The notes: generated from the sequence alone by a model not told the origin. Shown: positions 25,430-39,452, numbered from the whole stretch's first letter. The stretch: 63,192 nt of DNA, filler included, from Octopus bimaculoides (GCF_001194135.2; 8 parts of 8 records of this genome joined end to end with filler, not necessarily neighbours in it); one strand, 5' to 3'. A program made the numbers and translations.

Positions 25430-26258
25430 NNNNNNNNNNNNNNNNNNNNNNNNNNNNNNNNNNNNNNNNNNNNTTAATTAATTAANNNNNNNNNNNNNNN
25501 NNNNNNNNNNNNNNNNNNNNNNNNNNNNNGTACGATAGGCTTCTATAGAGTTTCACCCAATAATATTCACTCACAAGACATTGATCAGCTCGAAGTTACA
25601 TTAGGAATGGTACTTGTCCAAGGTACCGCTGCCGCAAAGTGGCACTGAATCCGAAATTACGTGGTTAAAAAGCGAACGTCTTAACCATATTCTGGAATTT
25701 TAAAGCATACCTTTATTTTGTTGAATCCAATTCCTGCTATAGAGATGATTACGCCGTTTATCCTACTGGGATCGATAATATGAAAAAGTACTTGCAAAAT
25801 CATTCATTCTGTAAGGATTCGTTTTCAACAAACATCTCCATTATCAGTTTTGTTTTGTGCGTAATTTCAAAAATAATTAATTATAGACGCATGATTAAAT
25901 ATTTATTAATTTTTATCGCAGTTTAATTCCGACGGTAATTCTATTAAATTTGTATTCCACATCTTCCATTTTGAAAAACTGATTGCTCATACAGTCTAGG
26001 CTACTGTATCGTTAAACATGCTCATTTATGCGCATTCCATTTCTTTTATCTTATAGTCTGATCATTTTTTCTTATTTATTCCGTATACATATATACATAT
26101 TATGTTTCTTTGATATATAGAGAGAACGAATTTCTGAAATATTTTGTTTCTTGTGACGCATATTCAATTTATATGTATATGCATGTGCGTCTGTGTGTGT
26201 GTGTGTATATATATGTACACTACACACACACATATGTATATATGGTTATGTGTGTGTG

Positions 26259-26291
<33 letters not shown>

Positions 26292-27146
26292 NNNNNNNNN
26301 NNNNNNNNNNNNNNNNNNNNNNNNNNNNNNNNNNNNNNNNNNNNNNNNNNNNNNNNNNNNNNNNNNNNNNNNNNNNNNNNNNNNNNNNNNNNNNNNNNNN
26401 NNNNNNNNNNNNNNNNNNNNNNNNNNNNNNNNNNNNNNNNNNNNNNNNNNNNNNNNNNNNNNNNNNNNNNNNNNNNNNNNNNNNNNNNNNNNNNNNNNNN
26501 NNNNNNNNNNNNNNNNNNNNNNNNNNNNNNNNNNNNNNNNNNNNNNNNNNNNNNNNNNNNNNNNNNNNNNNNNNNNNNNNNNNNNNNNNNNNNNNNNNNN
26601 NNNNNNNNNNNNNNNNNNNNNNNNNNNNNNNNNNNNNNNNNNNNNNNNNNNNNNNNNNNNNNNNNNNNNNNNNNNNNNNNNNNNNNNNNNNNNNNNNNNN
26701 NNNNNNNNNNNNNNNNNNNNNNNNNNNNNNNNNNNNNNNNNNNNNNNNNNNNNNNNNNNNNNNNNNNNNNNNNNNNNNNNNNNNNNNNNNNNNNNNNNNN
26801 NNNNNNNNNNNNNNNNNNNNNNNNNNNNNNNNNNNNNNNNNNNNNNNNNNNNNNNNNNNNNNNNNNNNNNNNNNNNNNNNNNNNNNNNNNNNNNNNNNNN
26901 NNNNNNNNNNNNNNNNNNNNNNNNNNNNNNNNNNNNNNNNNNNNNNNNNNNNNNNNNNNNNNNCAAGAATGCTTGTGTGTGTTTCATATATTTATTCATG
27001 TATTACATATACGGCTTGATTTGTATTCTTAGCTTTTGTGTGTCTTTCTAAAATAACACTAAAATATTTTGTCAAATCACCGAATCATGAATGTGTCACG
27101 AAACATAGAAACCGCGATAACAGCAACAACAGCAGCAGCAGCAGCA

Positions 27147-27365
27147 AAGGCGGCGAGTTGGTAGAATCGTTAGCACGCCGGGCGAAAATGCTTAGTGGTA
27201 TTTCGCCTGTCTTTATGTTCTGAGTTCGAATTCCACCGAGGTCGACTTTGCCTTTCATCTTTTCGGTGTCGATAAATTATATACTAGTTGTGTACTGGGG
27301 TCGATCTAATCGACTGGCCCTCTCCCCTCAAAATTTCGGGCCTTGTGCCTAGAGTAGAAAAGAAT
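27147..27365 (+). mobile_element. SINE family B, full length
   Basis: aaggcggcgagttggtagaatcgttagc (A-box-like), gagttcgaattcc (B-box), tail ...ggccttgtgcctagagtagaaaagaat. Confidence 0.9.
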
Positions 27366-27516
27366 ACACTAAACTTACACCAATACTTACATTTTTCTTA
27401 AAGTTCGGTACTTATTCTATCGGTCAATTTTACCGAAACGTTAAGTTACTGGGAGAGAGAGACAAACCAACACCGGTTGTCATGGGTTATGTAGCGTTAC
27501 AAGCACAAATGCACAC

Positions 27517-27597
27517 ATAATTATGAACATACCTATATATATAATAATTATGAACATACCTATATATATAATAATTATGAACATACCTGTATATATA
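27517..27597. repeat. 27-bp tandem repeat, 3 copies
   Basis: ataattatgaacatacctatatatata at 27517, 27544, 27571. Confidence 0.9.
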
Positions 27598-27610
27598 TAT
27601 ATAAATAAAA

Positions 27611-27660
<50 letters not shown>

Positions 27661-28084
27661 ATATATGACGGGCTTCCACACAGTTTCCGGTGACCAAATT
27701 CATTCACATAGTATTGTTCGACCCGAGGCTGCTATAGTACAAGACGCTGGCACAAGTTGCTACGCAGTATGGTTGAAACGAAAACCACGTTGCAAAGCGA
27801 GCTTCTCTTTCGTACAGCCATATTTGTACCAATAATAATATCGTAATAGCGTTTTATTATCGATTGATGGATCTGTTATTTAAATCATAGTTATTGAACC
27901 TGTCGCCATATTTCAATGATTCTTGTCGGCCCCTGGATGAAGGACGAAATACGGAGCGGAATTTGAACACAGGAAGTATAGAAATAGCGTGAGGTGGTTT
28001 GTGCAACGCTTTAGCGAGTCTTGAAATGTAGAAAAGAAAATGAAATGAAGATGATAAAAAAAAGATAAGATAGAGGGGAACAAA

Positions 28085-28400
<316 letters not shown>

Positions 28401-28700
28401 TAATGAGAAGCTTTCAATTAATATTGTATCATTCAAGAAAATATAAGGGCTTCAAAAGAAACCAGTCTACCTGTGTATATGTTTGTATGCATGTATGCAT
28501 ATGTATGCATGTATGTATGTACGTATATATGTATGTATGTATGTATGCATATATATGTATATATNNNNNNNNNNNNNNNNNNNNNNNNNNNNNNNNNNNN
28601 NNNNNNNNNNNNNNNNNNNNNNNNNNNNNNNNNNNNNNNNNNNNNNNNNNNNNNNNNNNNNNNNNNNNNNNNNNNNNNNNNNNNNNNNNNNNNNNNNNNN

Positions 28701-28743
<43 letters not shown>

Positions 28744-30439
28744 GTATGCGCATATATATATATATATATATATACGTGTACGTATGTGTGTATACATAAC
28801 ACATGCAAGCAAAGACACCTACACATAAACATATAGGCGTGATTGCCTCTGTGTGTGTCTGTCTCTGTATACGTATTATGTACATTCGGCAAATTGTTTT
28901 TCAATTGCCTGATCAAAAAGGAATTTAGATGAAAACATGACTTGTCTTCAATGCAAATCATTTTCCCCCATCTTTTGCAGCTGTATAAATGTTGCCACTG
29001 AATAAATAATTTGTTTAAAATTTCTAAATTTCAACAGGAAATTAATATTACTGAATAAGTAACTTTTGTGACGACAAAGTTTTCGAAATAGAAACAACGA
29101 ATCTATTTAAATACGGATACGGGGGTATTTTATTTACAATGCAAATGAGTTAATTAACTTAATCATCATGCACTAATTATAAAGAGGAAGATGGCAGACT
29201 GCAGATTCGGTAAAATAAGAGACACGATGCCTTAGGCATTTCAGCTACGTATCTAGGCTTCTGAGTTCGATTCTTACTGGAGTATACTATCCGTTTGATT
29301 ATTCCTGGATAGAAAATGTACAATAGTGGCCAAAAGTTTGGAACTTAGGTCTGAAAATTAGATTTTTTTAAATATTGAATGTCAAAAACAATATTTAATT
29401 CGGCGAAAAGTTTGGAAATTAGAATTTTAAAGTTATATTTGAATCGAGTTGTACTTGGGCATAAGAATTTTAACTTTTCTAAAATGTTCCAAACTTTGGG
29501 CCACGACTGTAAGTATCAGTGAAGTAATGGATTTTCGTCGATTTTTTCCTCTCGAGAGAACTGAAGCCTGGTCTCTCTCTCTCTTTCCTTTGTCTTTTAC
29601 TTGTTTCAATCATTGGACATCGGCCAAACTGGGGCAGTGCCTTGAAGAGTTTAGTCGAATAAATCGACTCTAATGTTTGTCTTTTCCTTTTACGTCTGAC
29701 AATCTTTCGGCTCTCTACATTACGCGAAGGTAAACAAGCCAACGTTGGTTGTCATGTGGTAGGAAGGTGGACAAATACACACACAAACACCTACCTACCT
29801 GCCTACATACCTGCCTACCTACCTACCTACCTACTTAGATACACACAGACGTACGCAGACAGACACACACACACACACACGCGCAACATGTACACAGAGA
29901 TTCCACAGAATTTCCATCAACCAATTCCGCTCATAACACTATAAGTATTTGTTTGTGAGTGTGGTGTGCGTGTGTGTGCGTGTGTCTGCATTTGTACGTG
30001 CGTGTATTTGTGTGTGTATTCGCCAGACTTCCACGAGTTGTAGTTTTTAGACTCAAGTCTAGCTTCATAGTCAGAGCAACTGAGTCTCTTTTTTTTCTGT
30101 TGATTGAGCATGGAAATGAGTCGCTCATAGAAAATAAGTGAAAGCATTTTAACTGACACGTCAACGATTCTGCTGGTATATTGCTCCTTCCAACAAAAGT
30201 CACATTTGATAATAATTTCTTTCGTATGGACAAAGTCAGAATGTTTTGGAAACAGACCCAAGTATTTAACTGTTTCTTTATTTTATCGACCGCCAAAAAT
30301 GCATTGCAGTTGATCGGCGCAAGTTGTTCAGAAAACTGTGAAATAGTGTATGTGAAGAAAGATATTTTACTGCTTCCTTCGCGTTTCTCTCTTTCACTTT
30401 CATTTCTCTTTCCTCAGAATCTAACATTTACCTGTCTTT

Positions 30440-30575
30440 GATATAAATACAGAAAAGACAGTTCCTGTTATGTCTCAGACTTGGAAATTCTGATGAGTCT
30501 GGTTGAGTTATTTAATAAAAGAGACGAGATTATTTCAACGTGCCGACACAAACACAAATATATTCACTGTCATTT
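30440..30575 (+). mobile_element. PLE GIY-YIG C-terminal relic
   Basis: LEILMSLVELFNKRDEIISTCRHKHKY matches the PLE C-terminal pattern LLNKR.E..S.CRH..K. Confidence 0.6.
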
Positions 30576-30910
30576 TATACAAGACCTCCTCGCAAGATGC
30601 GTGGCTGAGGACACTATATTTCAGAGAAATATAACGATCACAATACTTGCAGGCTTTACGCGTCCATCAATCATTTCACATATTTTCTTTCCAACCCGCT
30701 GAACTAAAAAGCTCATCAAACGTAGCCGAAATGTAAAAACACAATTCCCGTTCATTTTACGTATAGAGAAGCATCTATGGAAATCTATAGCCATCTGCGA
30801 CACAGTTATATTGAACACAATTGTTTTGGTGCAAATAACATTCTCTCTTTGTCTCTCTCTCTCTCTCTCTCTCCTTATACACACATACACACACATATGG
30901 ATTTTTGAAA

Positions 30911-30949
<39 letters not shown>

Positions 30950-31254
30950 NNNNNNNNNNNNNNNNNNNNNNNNNNNNNNNNNNNNNNNNNNNNNNNNNNN
31001 NNNNNNNNNNNNNNNNNNNNNNNNNNNNNNNNNNNNNNNNNNNNNNNNNNNNNNNNNNNNNNNNNNNNNNNNNNNNNNNNNNNNNNNNNNNNNNNNNNNN
31101 NNNNNNNNNNNNNNNNNNNNNNNNNNNNNNNNNNNNNNNNNNNNNNNNNNNNNNNNNNNNNNNNNNNNNNNNNNNNNNNNNNNNNNNNNNNNNNNNNNNN
31201 NNNNNNNNNNNNNNNNNNNNNNNNNNNNNNNNNNNNCATACATATATATATACA

Positions 31255-31303
<49 letters not shown>

Positions 31304-31369
31304 TATATATATATACACACAAACACATATATATACGTACATGCTTATGTACATACATACAGATACACA

Positions 31370-31414
<45 letters not shown>

Positions 31415-31823
31415 GTATATATTGTATGAATCATTAGTGGATATTATAGACACCGATTATCGTGATAATATCATTGAAGGGTTCGAAAGAACAGATGTGC
31501 AAAATGTAGCAGCGTGGTACCGAACTAAATCTGCCGGTTTACAGAGAGATGACGTATGTGGGTCACAAGTTGAAAAAGTTGGTTTTGCCAGTTGTTGATT
31601 CAGCTGTAAAGCTCGTCAGTAAATGCAAAAACAAAAACAATTAAGAGAAGCAAAAATACCATCATATTGCTGATGTCTGTATGTCTATCTATATTTCTCT
31701 GCATCAATGTGACTATCAATCTTNNNNNNNNNNNNNNNNNNNNNNNNNNNNNNNNNNNNNNNNNNNNTTAATTAATTAANNNNNNNNNNNNNNNNNNNNN
31801 NNNNNNNNNNNNNNNNNNNNNNN

Positions 31824-31859
<36 letters not shown>

Positions 31860-32949
31860 TCCAATTAAAGCAACATTATCTAAACAATTGACTGAAAAAT
31901 GATGAGATTACCCAGGATAAAATTAAACCAACATATTAATGCTAACATGGCTCCATTAACATCTGATTGAGCCAGACGCTCGCCCATAAATTTCAGTCAA
32001 ATTTTATGTAAAGATACTTAACTGTCTAGTACTACATATAATATTTAGATAATGTCTCTTTAATCAGAGTATATATGTTATTATTATGATATATTATTAT
32101 ATAGTTATTACTGTATAAAAAAAGACTTTCATAGTCGCTCTTTCTCCATAACTTATGAACACACACTGATTCAATTCCACTCATTTATTAAATATCCAAT
32201 TGTTTTGTTGTTGCTTGTCAAAGCTCTTTCATTGCTTCTTGCAACCTTTCCAATGACTATTGACTGAGTCCATTATAGAGGCCACATTTGTTTCTTTGAA
32301 TTTGTGTTGCATGCATGTGTGTGTGATGGTAGAGGATTGTTTGTGTGTGTGTGTGTATGTATGTATGTAAAATGGATGGTAGTGGATTGCCCAGGGTGCA
32401 TGATTAGGCATTTCACGTGAATGCAAAAGGAGCTTTTGGAAGAAATGCAGTGACTGCTGAAACCTGGGTGAAAATTACAAGCACTATTTTCTATTGTTAT
32501 TTTGTTACTAACAATTTGATGACTGTTGTGAAAGATGTTTGTGCTTGAATTCCGAACATATGTTTTGGATTCTGTATTATTGTTTTCAATTGATTAGTAA
32601 GGTAAGCAAGAGAGTTTAGTTTTTCATATGTTTAACTTTTGTTATATTTATTCCTTTTACAGACATTCAAGTATTCTATAATATCCACAAGATTTGGTGT
32701 TGTACAGTAGGAGAATTTAGCCTTATTTATTAAAAATATAGTTATACTTGGGGTTATGAGGATAGTGATACAGTAAAGCCTTTACAAAGTAAAACATTTA
32801 TCAAAATCTTAAAGCATAATCCCCCTAGACACGGTCAGATTCTATCTTAATAGCCATCTTTTAATGCCTCTATGTACCTATCCATCCCATCCTCTCCTTA
32901 ATTTGATCTATTTGGTCAAGGGTTAACTTTAACACCACCTCCATCTTCA

Positions 32950-33476
32950 ACTACTACTACTACTACTACCTACAAATCAACAACCCTCTAAACAATAGGA
33001 ATAAATCCAACCCTAGGCCAACACCCCTTACTAGGAGGGATGCACACCGAAAAAACAATAGCGCCACACAACAACACACATACATAGACACCCCCCATAA
33101 CCTATGTGGCTGTAGAGATAGTAACAAATGCAATTTCTCCAATAGGTGCAAGACAGATAATATAGTTTACCAATGTGATGTACAAACAAATAGCCACACT
33201 AAATCTTATATTGGGGGAACGAGTAACCAAATACGTTTAAGATATAATGAGCACCTAGCGAGTTTTAAAAACAGAAATAAGGCAAATTCTACAGGGCTTA
33301 GTAGGTATATCTGGGAACTAAACGACAATAAGATAGAATATAAACTAAAGTGGCACATACTAAAAGTAGCTAATTCCTATAACCCAACTAACAGACGGTG
33401 CAATCTCTGTGTAACAGAGTGCCTCGAAATCCTAACAGCTAAGAACGAATTATTAAACAGGAGATATGAATCTAGT
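32950..33476 (+). mobile_element. PLE GIY-YIG endonuclease domain, open frame without ATG (missed by the ORF track), truncated by a gap
   Basis: From 33099: NLCGCRDSNKCNFSNRCKTDNIVYQCDVQTNSHTKSYIGGTSNQIRLRYNEHLASFKNRNKANSTGLSRYIWELNDNKIEYKLKWHILKVANSYNPTNRRCNLCVTECLEILTAKNELLNRRYES, with no stops. Confidence 0.9.
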
Positions 33477-34068
33477 NNNNNNNNNNNNNNNNNNNNNNNN
33501 NNNNNNNNNNNNNNNNNNNNNNNNNNNNNNNNNNNNNNNNNNNNNNNNNNNNNNNNNNNNNNNNNNNNNNNNNNNNNNNNNNNNNNNNNNNNNNNNNNNN
33601 NNNNNNNNNNNNNNNNNNNNNNNNNNNNNNNNNNNNNNNNNNNNNNNNNNNNNNNNNNNNNNNNNNNNNNNNNNNNNNNNNNNNNNNNNNNNNNNNNNNN
33701 NNNNNNNNNNNNNNNNNNNNNNNNNNNNNNNNNNNNNNNNNNNNNNNNNNNNNNNNNNNNNNNNNNNNNNNNNNNNNNNNNNNNNNNNNNNNNNNNNNNN
33801 NNNNNNNNNNNNNNNNNNNNNNNNNNNNNNNNNNNNNNNNNNNNNNNNNNNNNNNNNNNNNNNNNNNNNNNNNNNNNNNNNNNNNNNNNNNNNNNNNCAA
33901 TGTTCTTAAATAGCACCCACCCTATATCCCCTTAAAAGAAGACCAACGCAACAACTAAAATGTAAGGCTCTGTTTACCTATCACCACTATCACACCACCA
34001 CATATATTACACCCAATAATTACTTCTCCTACATTTCGCACACCACAAACTTTGAATATACCCTTTAA

Positions 34069-34120
34069 CACTCTGAAGAGATCGGCCAAACTACTGGCTG
34101 CATCAAAACGTACGTAAGTG
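34069..34120 (+). ncRNA. Type-I hammerhead motif with G12->A substitution, sense to the upstream PLE endonuclease
   Basis: CACT/AGTG stem I; CTGAAGA; stem II gat-cggcca/tggctg-c-atc; AAAA in place of GAAA at 34105; palindromic ACGTACGT; GUA site. Confidence 0.7.
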
Positions 34121-34265
34121 ACTATGACATAATATACAAAATGACTCATAACATAACCTAAACCTCCACACTGACTCATTTCACAAGTTCCACATAATAA
34201 AACAACGGCTATCTAGTCCAACGAAAATGCTTTTTCTTGTATTTGTTACTCCATTCTCTAAGTAA

Positions 34266-34269
<4 letters not shown>

Positions 34270-34298
<29 letters not shown>

Positions 34299-34900
34299 TT
34301 ATGGGTTATGAGAGGTAATGGTGTCAGTAAGACACAAAGGTGTCAGGTAATGTTGAGTAAGTGCTATGGATAGACCATAGTTAAGCTCCAGGTTCAGTGA
34401 TTATGCAAATAAGGAGTCCAATGTAGGTCATATATCAGCATGTGTACAGATTAAATTTTTGTTTTTGTTTTCAGAATGAGATAAAAAAAACAAAGGCTGT
34501 GAAAATTTTAGAACATTTATAAATAGAAGGTCTTACAGCTGTTTCCAGGATATCTATTATATCCCTTCATTGGAGGCAGTGTGAGAAAATGGTTAAGCAA
34601 TAGTTAATTTAGATAAGATGCGAAATAGAGAGTGAAATGGAGGAATGAAAATAGATGTGAGATATGCAGGGATATTGCATTTGTAAATAATGGATCTATG
34701 TTAACTTTTTTCCTAATTAATTGAGCTATGACCCTTTTAGCAACTTTCATCACCTGGTCCAGCAGTTTGATAGCTCTTTAATTAAGTAGAGAGAAAGGAG
34801 TAGGTGATTTGTTAATTTACTAAATAAGTAAAGCAATAAAGTGGATGAGATTATTGGTGGTGGTAGGGGAACTATGAGAGACTTTTGGTTCTGGTGATGG
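34270..34900 (-). mobile_element. PLE-like terminal-repeat remnant with a decayed hammerhead at 34530-34577
   Basis: Minus strand: gcct-CCAATGA-a-gggatat..atatcct-g-GAAA-CAGCTGT-A-agac; related to 48540-49070. Confidence 0.55.
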
Positions 34901-34949
34901 TGTGAAGGCAAAGCCATGAAGAAATTTCTGGTATAGGATTGGGTGGGTG

Positions 34950-35290
34950 CATCATGAATAAATAAAGAGGAAAACTTGACTGCATGAAATAGCAGCCAAG
35001 ACAGGTTGAAACGGGATGGACAAAGAGAGAGCCTTGACCGCTGGAGAAATTATCACAAAATAAGGAAAGACATGGGATAAATTGATTGCAAGAAATAGCA
35101 GCCAAGATTGATAGAAATGGGAAGGACAGAGAGAGTTGACTGCCAGAGAAATCACTGCAAAATAAAGAAAGACATGGGGTAACGTGACCACAAGAAATAG
35201 CAGCCAAGGCAGATAGAAACGGGAAGGACAGAGATACAAACTTGATTGCTGGAGAAATCATCACAAAATAAGGAAAGATGTGGAGTGTGA
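34950..35290. repeat. ~104-bp tandem repeat, about 3.3 copies
   Basis: gaaatagcagccaag at 34986, 35092, 35194. Confidence 0.85.
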
Positions 35291-35762
35291 ATCAAGGAGG
35301 GAATATTGTAAAAGTTAAAGCAAGCAAAGAGCATCAAGAATTATGAATTATGAAAGTTAGTTTAAATTAAATTACAGCAGGTTAGTATTTTATAACGTAG
35401 AAACACAAAATAGATGAATGATGTGTGATTGAGACAAGGGAAAAGTTTCTCAGCTTAGCTGGACAGGTTATGCATGAAATAATAACAGCAATCAGTGTGA
35501 AAATTAAGGTACCACATAGATGAAAAGGGCTTATTTATATATATTTATATATATATACAGGCACAGGCATAACTATATGGTAAGAAGCTTGCTTCCTTAC
35601 CACATGGTTCTGGGTTTAGTCCCACTTCATGGCACCTTGGGCAAGTGTCTTCTACTATAGCTTCAGGCTGACCAAAGCCTTGTGAATTGATTTGGTAGAC
35701 GGAAACTGAAAGAAGCTCATGTATATGCATATTTTTATAAATATATTTAATCAAATCATTTC

Positions 35763-35873
35763 ATGATGGGATGGAAGCTTGGATCAATGTTGGTGGTGGC
35801 ATGGCAGGACCCATTCCTGTAGAGAATGATATCAAACAGGGTGGCATCCTTACCCCAACTCTCTTTTCTTTGT
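35763..35873 (+). mobile_element. RTE/BovB-like RT fragment
   Basis: HDGMEAWINVGGGMAGPIPVENDIKQGGILTPTLFSL resembles HDGM.A.V...G....F.V.NGVKQGCVLAPTLFS. Confidence 0.75.
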
Positions 35874-36149
35874 AATGTGGCAGTCCCGGTTGGAACAGAT
35901 AGAGTGTCAGCTTGAAACAATGTTTCCTGGGGCTAAATAACAGTAACATTCATCTCAACTGGGACTGCCATATTATGTTAGCAAATAATCTTTACTTTAG
36001 AGTACTGTTACTAAATGTCTCTCATTGAGAGATTTAGAAATAATAATGTTTCTATTTATTAGATCAGTGACTGTGGTGTCACTTTGAAAATTATATATAT
36101 ATATATTTGAACAGGAATTTAGCAGTGCCATCTCTAGCTGAGCAGTTAT

Positions 36150-36194
36150 TCTGTGCCGAAGAAGGGAAATAGCCCCAAAACCACGGTCCACAGA
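36150..36194 (+). ncRNA. Decayed type-I hammerhead motif (U4->C, G12->A)
   Basis: tctgtg/cacaga stem I; CCGAAGA-a; ggg/ccc stem II; AAAA; ACC-ac-GGT stem III; GUC site. Confidence 0.6.
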
Positions 36195-36381
36195 TATTGC
36201 TTTGTGCTGAGTGGGAATGCTAAACTCCCCAGTTCAAAAATATAAGGACACAAATAGTGTGCCATATAACCAGCTGAAGATGATGTTTCCTTAGTCTAAA
36301 TAATAGTAACATTCATCCCAACTGGGACTGCCACATTATGTTGGCAAATAATCTTTACTATCTCTATCTATTGTTTTCTGC

Positions 36382-36757
36382 ATGTTTGAAACATATAAAG
36401 AGAATGAATGGGAGAAAGAGAGCCTGCCATATGTCGACCCAATAGATGGACCAGCTATCCGAGTTGATAGTACCAGGGTAGATAAAGCAATTAAGAGTAT
36501 GAAGACCGGGAAAGCCCCCGGCCCATCAGGAATCACTGCAGAGATGCTCAAAATATCTGGCAGTGTTGGCTATAGCCTAGTCACCCGTATTATGAACCAG
36601 GTGATACACGAAGGAGTCATACCCAATGACTGTAGCAGCATCATAGTCAACTGCTACAAAGGTAAAGGTGACGCTTTAGATACAAATAATTACAGAGGCA
36701 TCAAGCTGTTAGATCAGGTTATGAAAGTTACAGAGAGGGTCATAGCCCAACTAATTA
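36382..36757 (+). mobile_element. RTE-clade LINE RT N-terminal region, truncated by a linker gap
   Basis: AIKSMKTGKAPGPSGITAEMLK...IVNCYKGKGDALDTNNYRGIKLLDQVMKVTERVI. Confidence 0.9.
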
Positions 36758-38350
36758 NNNNNNNNNNNNNNNNNNNNNNNNNNNNNNNNNNNNNNNNNNN
36801 NTTAATTAATTAANNNNNNNNNNNNNNNNNNNNNNNNNNNNNNNNNNNNNNNNNNNNCGTATATATATTTAATCTGTTTTATATGTTTGTATATGAAAAA
36901 AATTAATGGCATCCAGAATTTTCTCTTTATAAACAGAAAACATTTGGCTGTCATGTACATCTATGAAGGATTATTGAATTATTTCAATGAATAATATCCA
37001 CATGCCTATACTATATGATTACAGTTTGTCTACCTGTGATAAATAAAATATTTCTATTTGTTAGGCGTGCTTATCTAAAAGAGCTAACCAAGGAGATTGA
37101 AAGTTTCTTTCAGCTCGCCTATCGATGTTTTATGAAAACGTACGTTTTTCATATATATATAAGTTCTAAATAATTTATGTCCGGCAACTTAGAACAATCA
37201 AAGATACTTTAGTAAATGCATGTTGATAGATATATGTACTGTATAAATGGTCTCTATGTTATACACTAGTATGCGTCTTTTTTTTTTTTTTTTTGATAGT
37301 ATAAACTATTGAACACTTATATGGAGTAACTTCTGTGCTGTATGAGCTCACATGAATTTCAATTTTTAGGAGTAAACAGTAAAATATAATTTACCACAGT
37401 TTTATCAGGATAAATCGAGTGTGTGTGTATGTATGTATGAACGCTTGATATGTATCATGTATTGAATATATCCAACAGCATATAAAGACAAATCTAATTA
37501 CTATGCAATGACATCCTTCTGTAGAGTAGTATTTCTCTATTCAAGTAATTTGTCTGGCGTTAATTAGATTGTTCGCATAAAATAAGAATTTTAAATAGGT
37601 ATTTCTGTCATATGATGAAACTCAGATGTGCATTTAAGTCAGGTATAATTGTCCCCATACATTCCAGTAGGGTTCTACTGCATTTTATCAACCTGTATCA
37701 TAATCACACGTAATGTTTCGGTGATCTGATGAGGTGGCGTTCTTTAAATGTGTCATGTGGGAATATACAATTATATTATTACAGTTAAGTTCAACACCAT
37801 CAATTCACCGTGAAGAAATTTCACTGTGAGCAAAGTTCACCGCGAGGAAAGTTTACGGATATAATATATTCATAATATCTCAACGTTAATAGTTAAAACC
37901 TATTTTACTGAACAGAACCTAAAAAGAACCTATGACGGCAGTAATTACATCGTAGATAGAAGCGTTTATTGAGTTTGATACAATTAATTAGCTACCGAGG
38001 GAAGTGAATATTTTAACGTTTCTGTTTAAGACGATTTATAGAACGAAAGAGAAACAAAAATAGAGAAAATGTATTTATTGTCATTTAGCTTGTGGTTGTT
38101 GTAGTTTTCGTCGTCGTAGTTGAGTTATACATGCATTTACTTAATTCTGATGCTGCTTCAAGAGCATATCTTGATATACAAGTCATATATTGGGGTAAAC
38201 GGAATTGACAGGTCTCTTGCAGAAACTAGATTTGTGTTTCTATGCTTAGTGGTAATGTTGTAGGGTCTGGATTTCATTCTTCTTTGTGTGCGTCTCTCTC
38301 TGTGTCTTTCTGTCTCTGTCTGTCTAACTGCCAGCCTGTATATCTGATTA

Positions 38351-38403
<53 letters not shown>

Positions 38404-39368
38404 CTTTATCCCTCTCTCTCTCTCGCTTCTTCTCCCTCTCTTAGAATCGACTCTACTGTGCTTTGTGAAGCGTTGTAGATAACCTCTTTCCATAAATGGA
38501 GAAGCGCTAAGTGTGAGGCAATTAACATTTTCTCATAGAATAAATGCTGGTTTGTTCCTGGAAGCATCCTAAAAGGGACTAAAATGCAGTGTAGTACAGA
38601 ACAGAAACCAAAGATACTTGAGTAAATACAAGTTGATATCTATATGGATATATTTACAATATAAGTGGTCTGTACATTATACACTAGTATTCCTTTTCTT
38701 TTTTTTTGTTTTATAGTATAAATTATTGAAAATCTATATGGAGTAGCTTTGTGGTGTATGAGCTCACATAATTTTCCATTTTTAGAAGTAAATAGTAAAA
38801 TATAATTTACCACAGTATTATTAGGATAAATCGAATGACCACAGTTTTATTAGTATAAACAGGATTGCTACATTATTATTAGCATAAAACGGATGGATTC
38901 GACTGGAATACTTTCATCTGGGCCACATTGAAACTAAACAAAAAAGCACAATAGATAAGAACTACTAGATACAAGATTTTCTGTGTAATAACATTGTTTA
39001 AAAAATGACCAGCAAAAACAACTGCGAGATGTTTCTATATACGTACGGTCACAATAAAAATCTAAATAAGTATCAATTCTACTAAGAATACAAGAACAAG
39101 GTGATTGTGATTATACGTCTTATTCATGTCGATGTTATTGTTTAGGAAAACAATGTTAAAAGATGTACAAAAGGATGTCACAATCACCCATACGAATAAA
39201 ATGGTTGCAAACAAAACAAATGGTATTTAACGTAGACCAAGAAATAGAAACTCTGAGGACAATGGGATCAAAATAAAATTGTATATACACAGTAATATAA
39301 ATATAAGCAAATCTCTTTATTCCTCGCTTTGATTTTCTGTCTGTCTGTCTCTGTCTCTCTCTCCAGCC

Positions 39369-39452
<84 letters not shown>

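Noticed and set aside
30488-30535. ctgatgagtct...agacgaga hammerhead-like motif
   Set aside because: GAAA is absent and the sequence is better explained as coding PLE C-terminus (ILMSLVELFNKRDEI).
36268-36326. Second CTGAAGA motif near the decayed HHR
   Set aside because: No GAAA or stem III follows the possible stem II.
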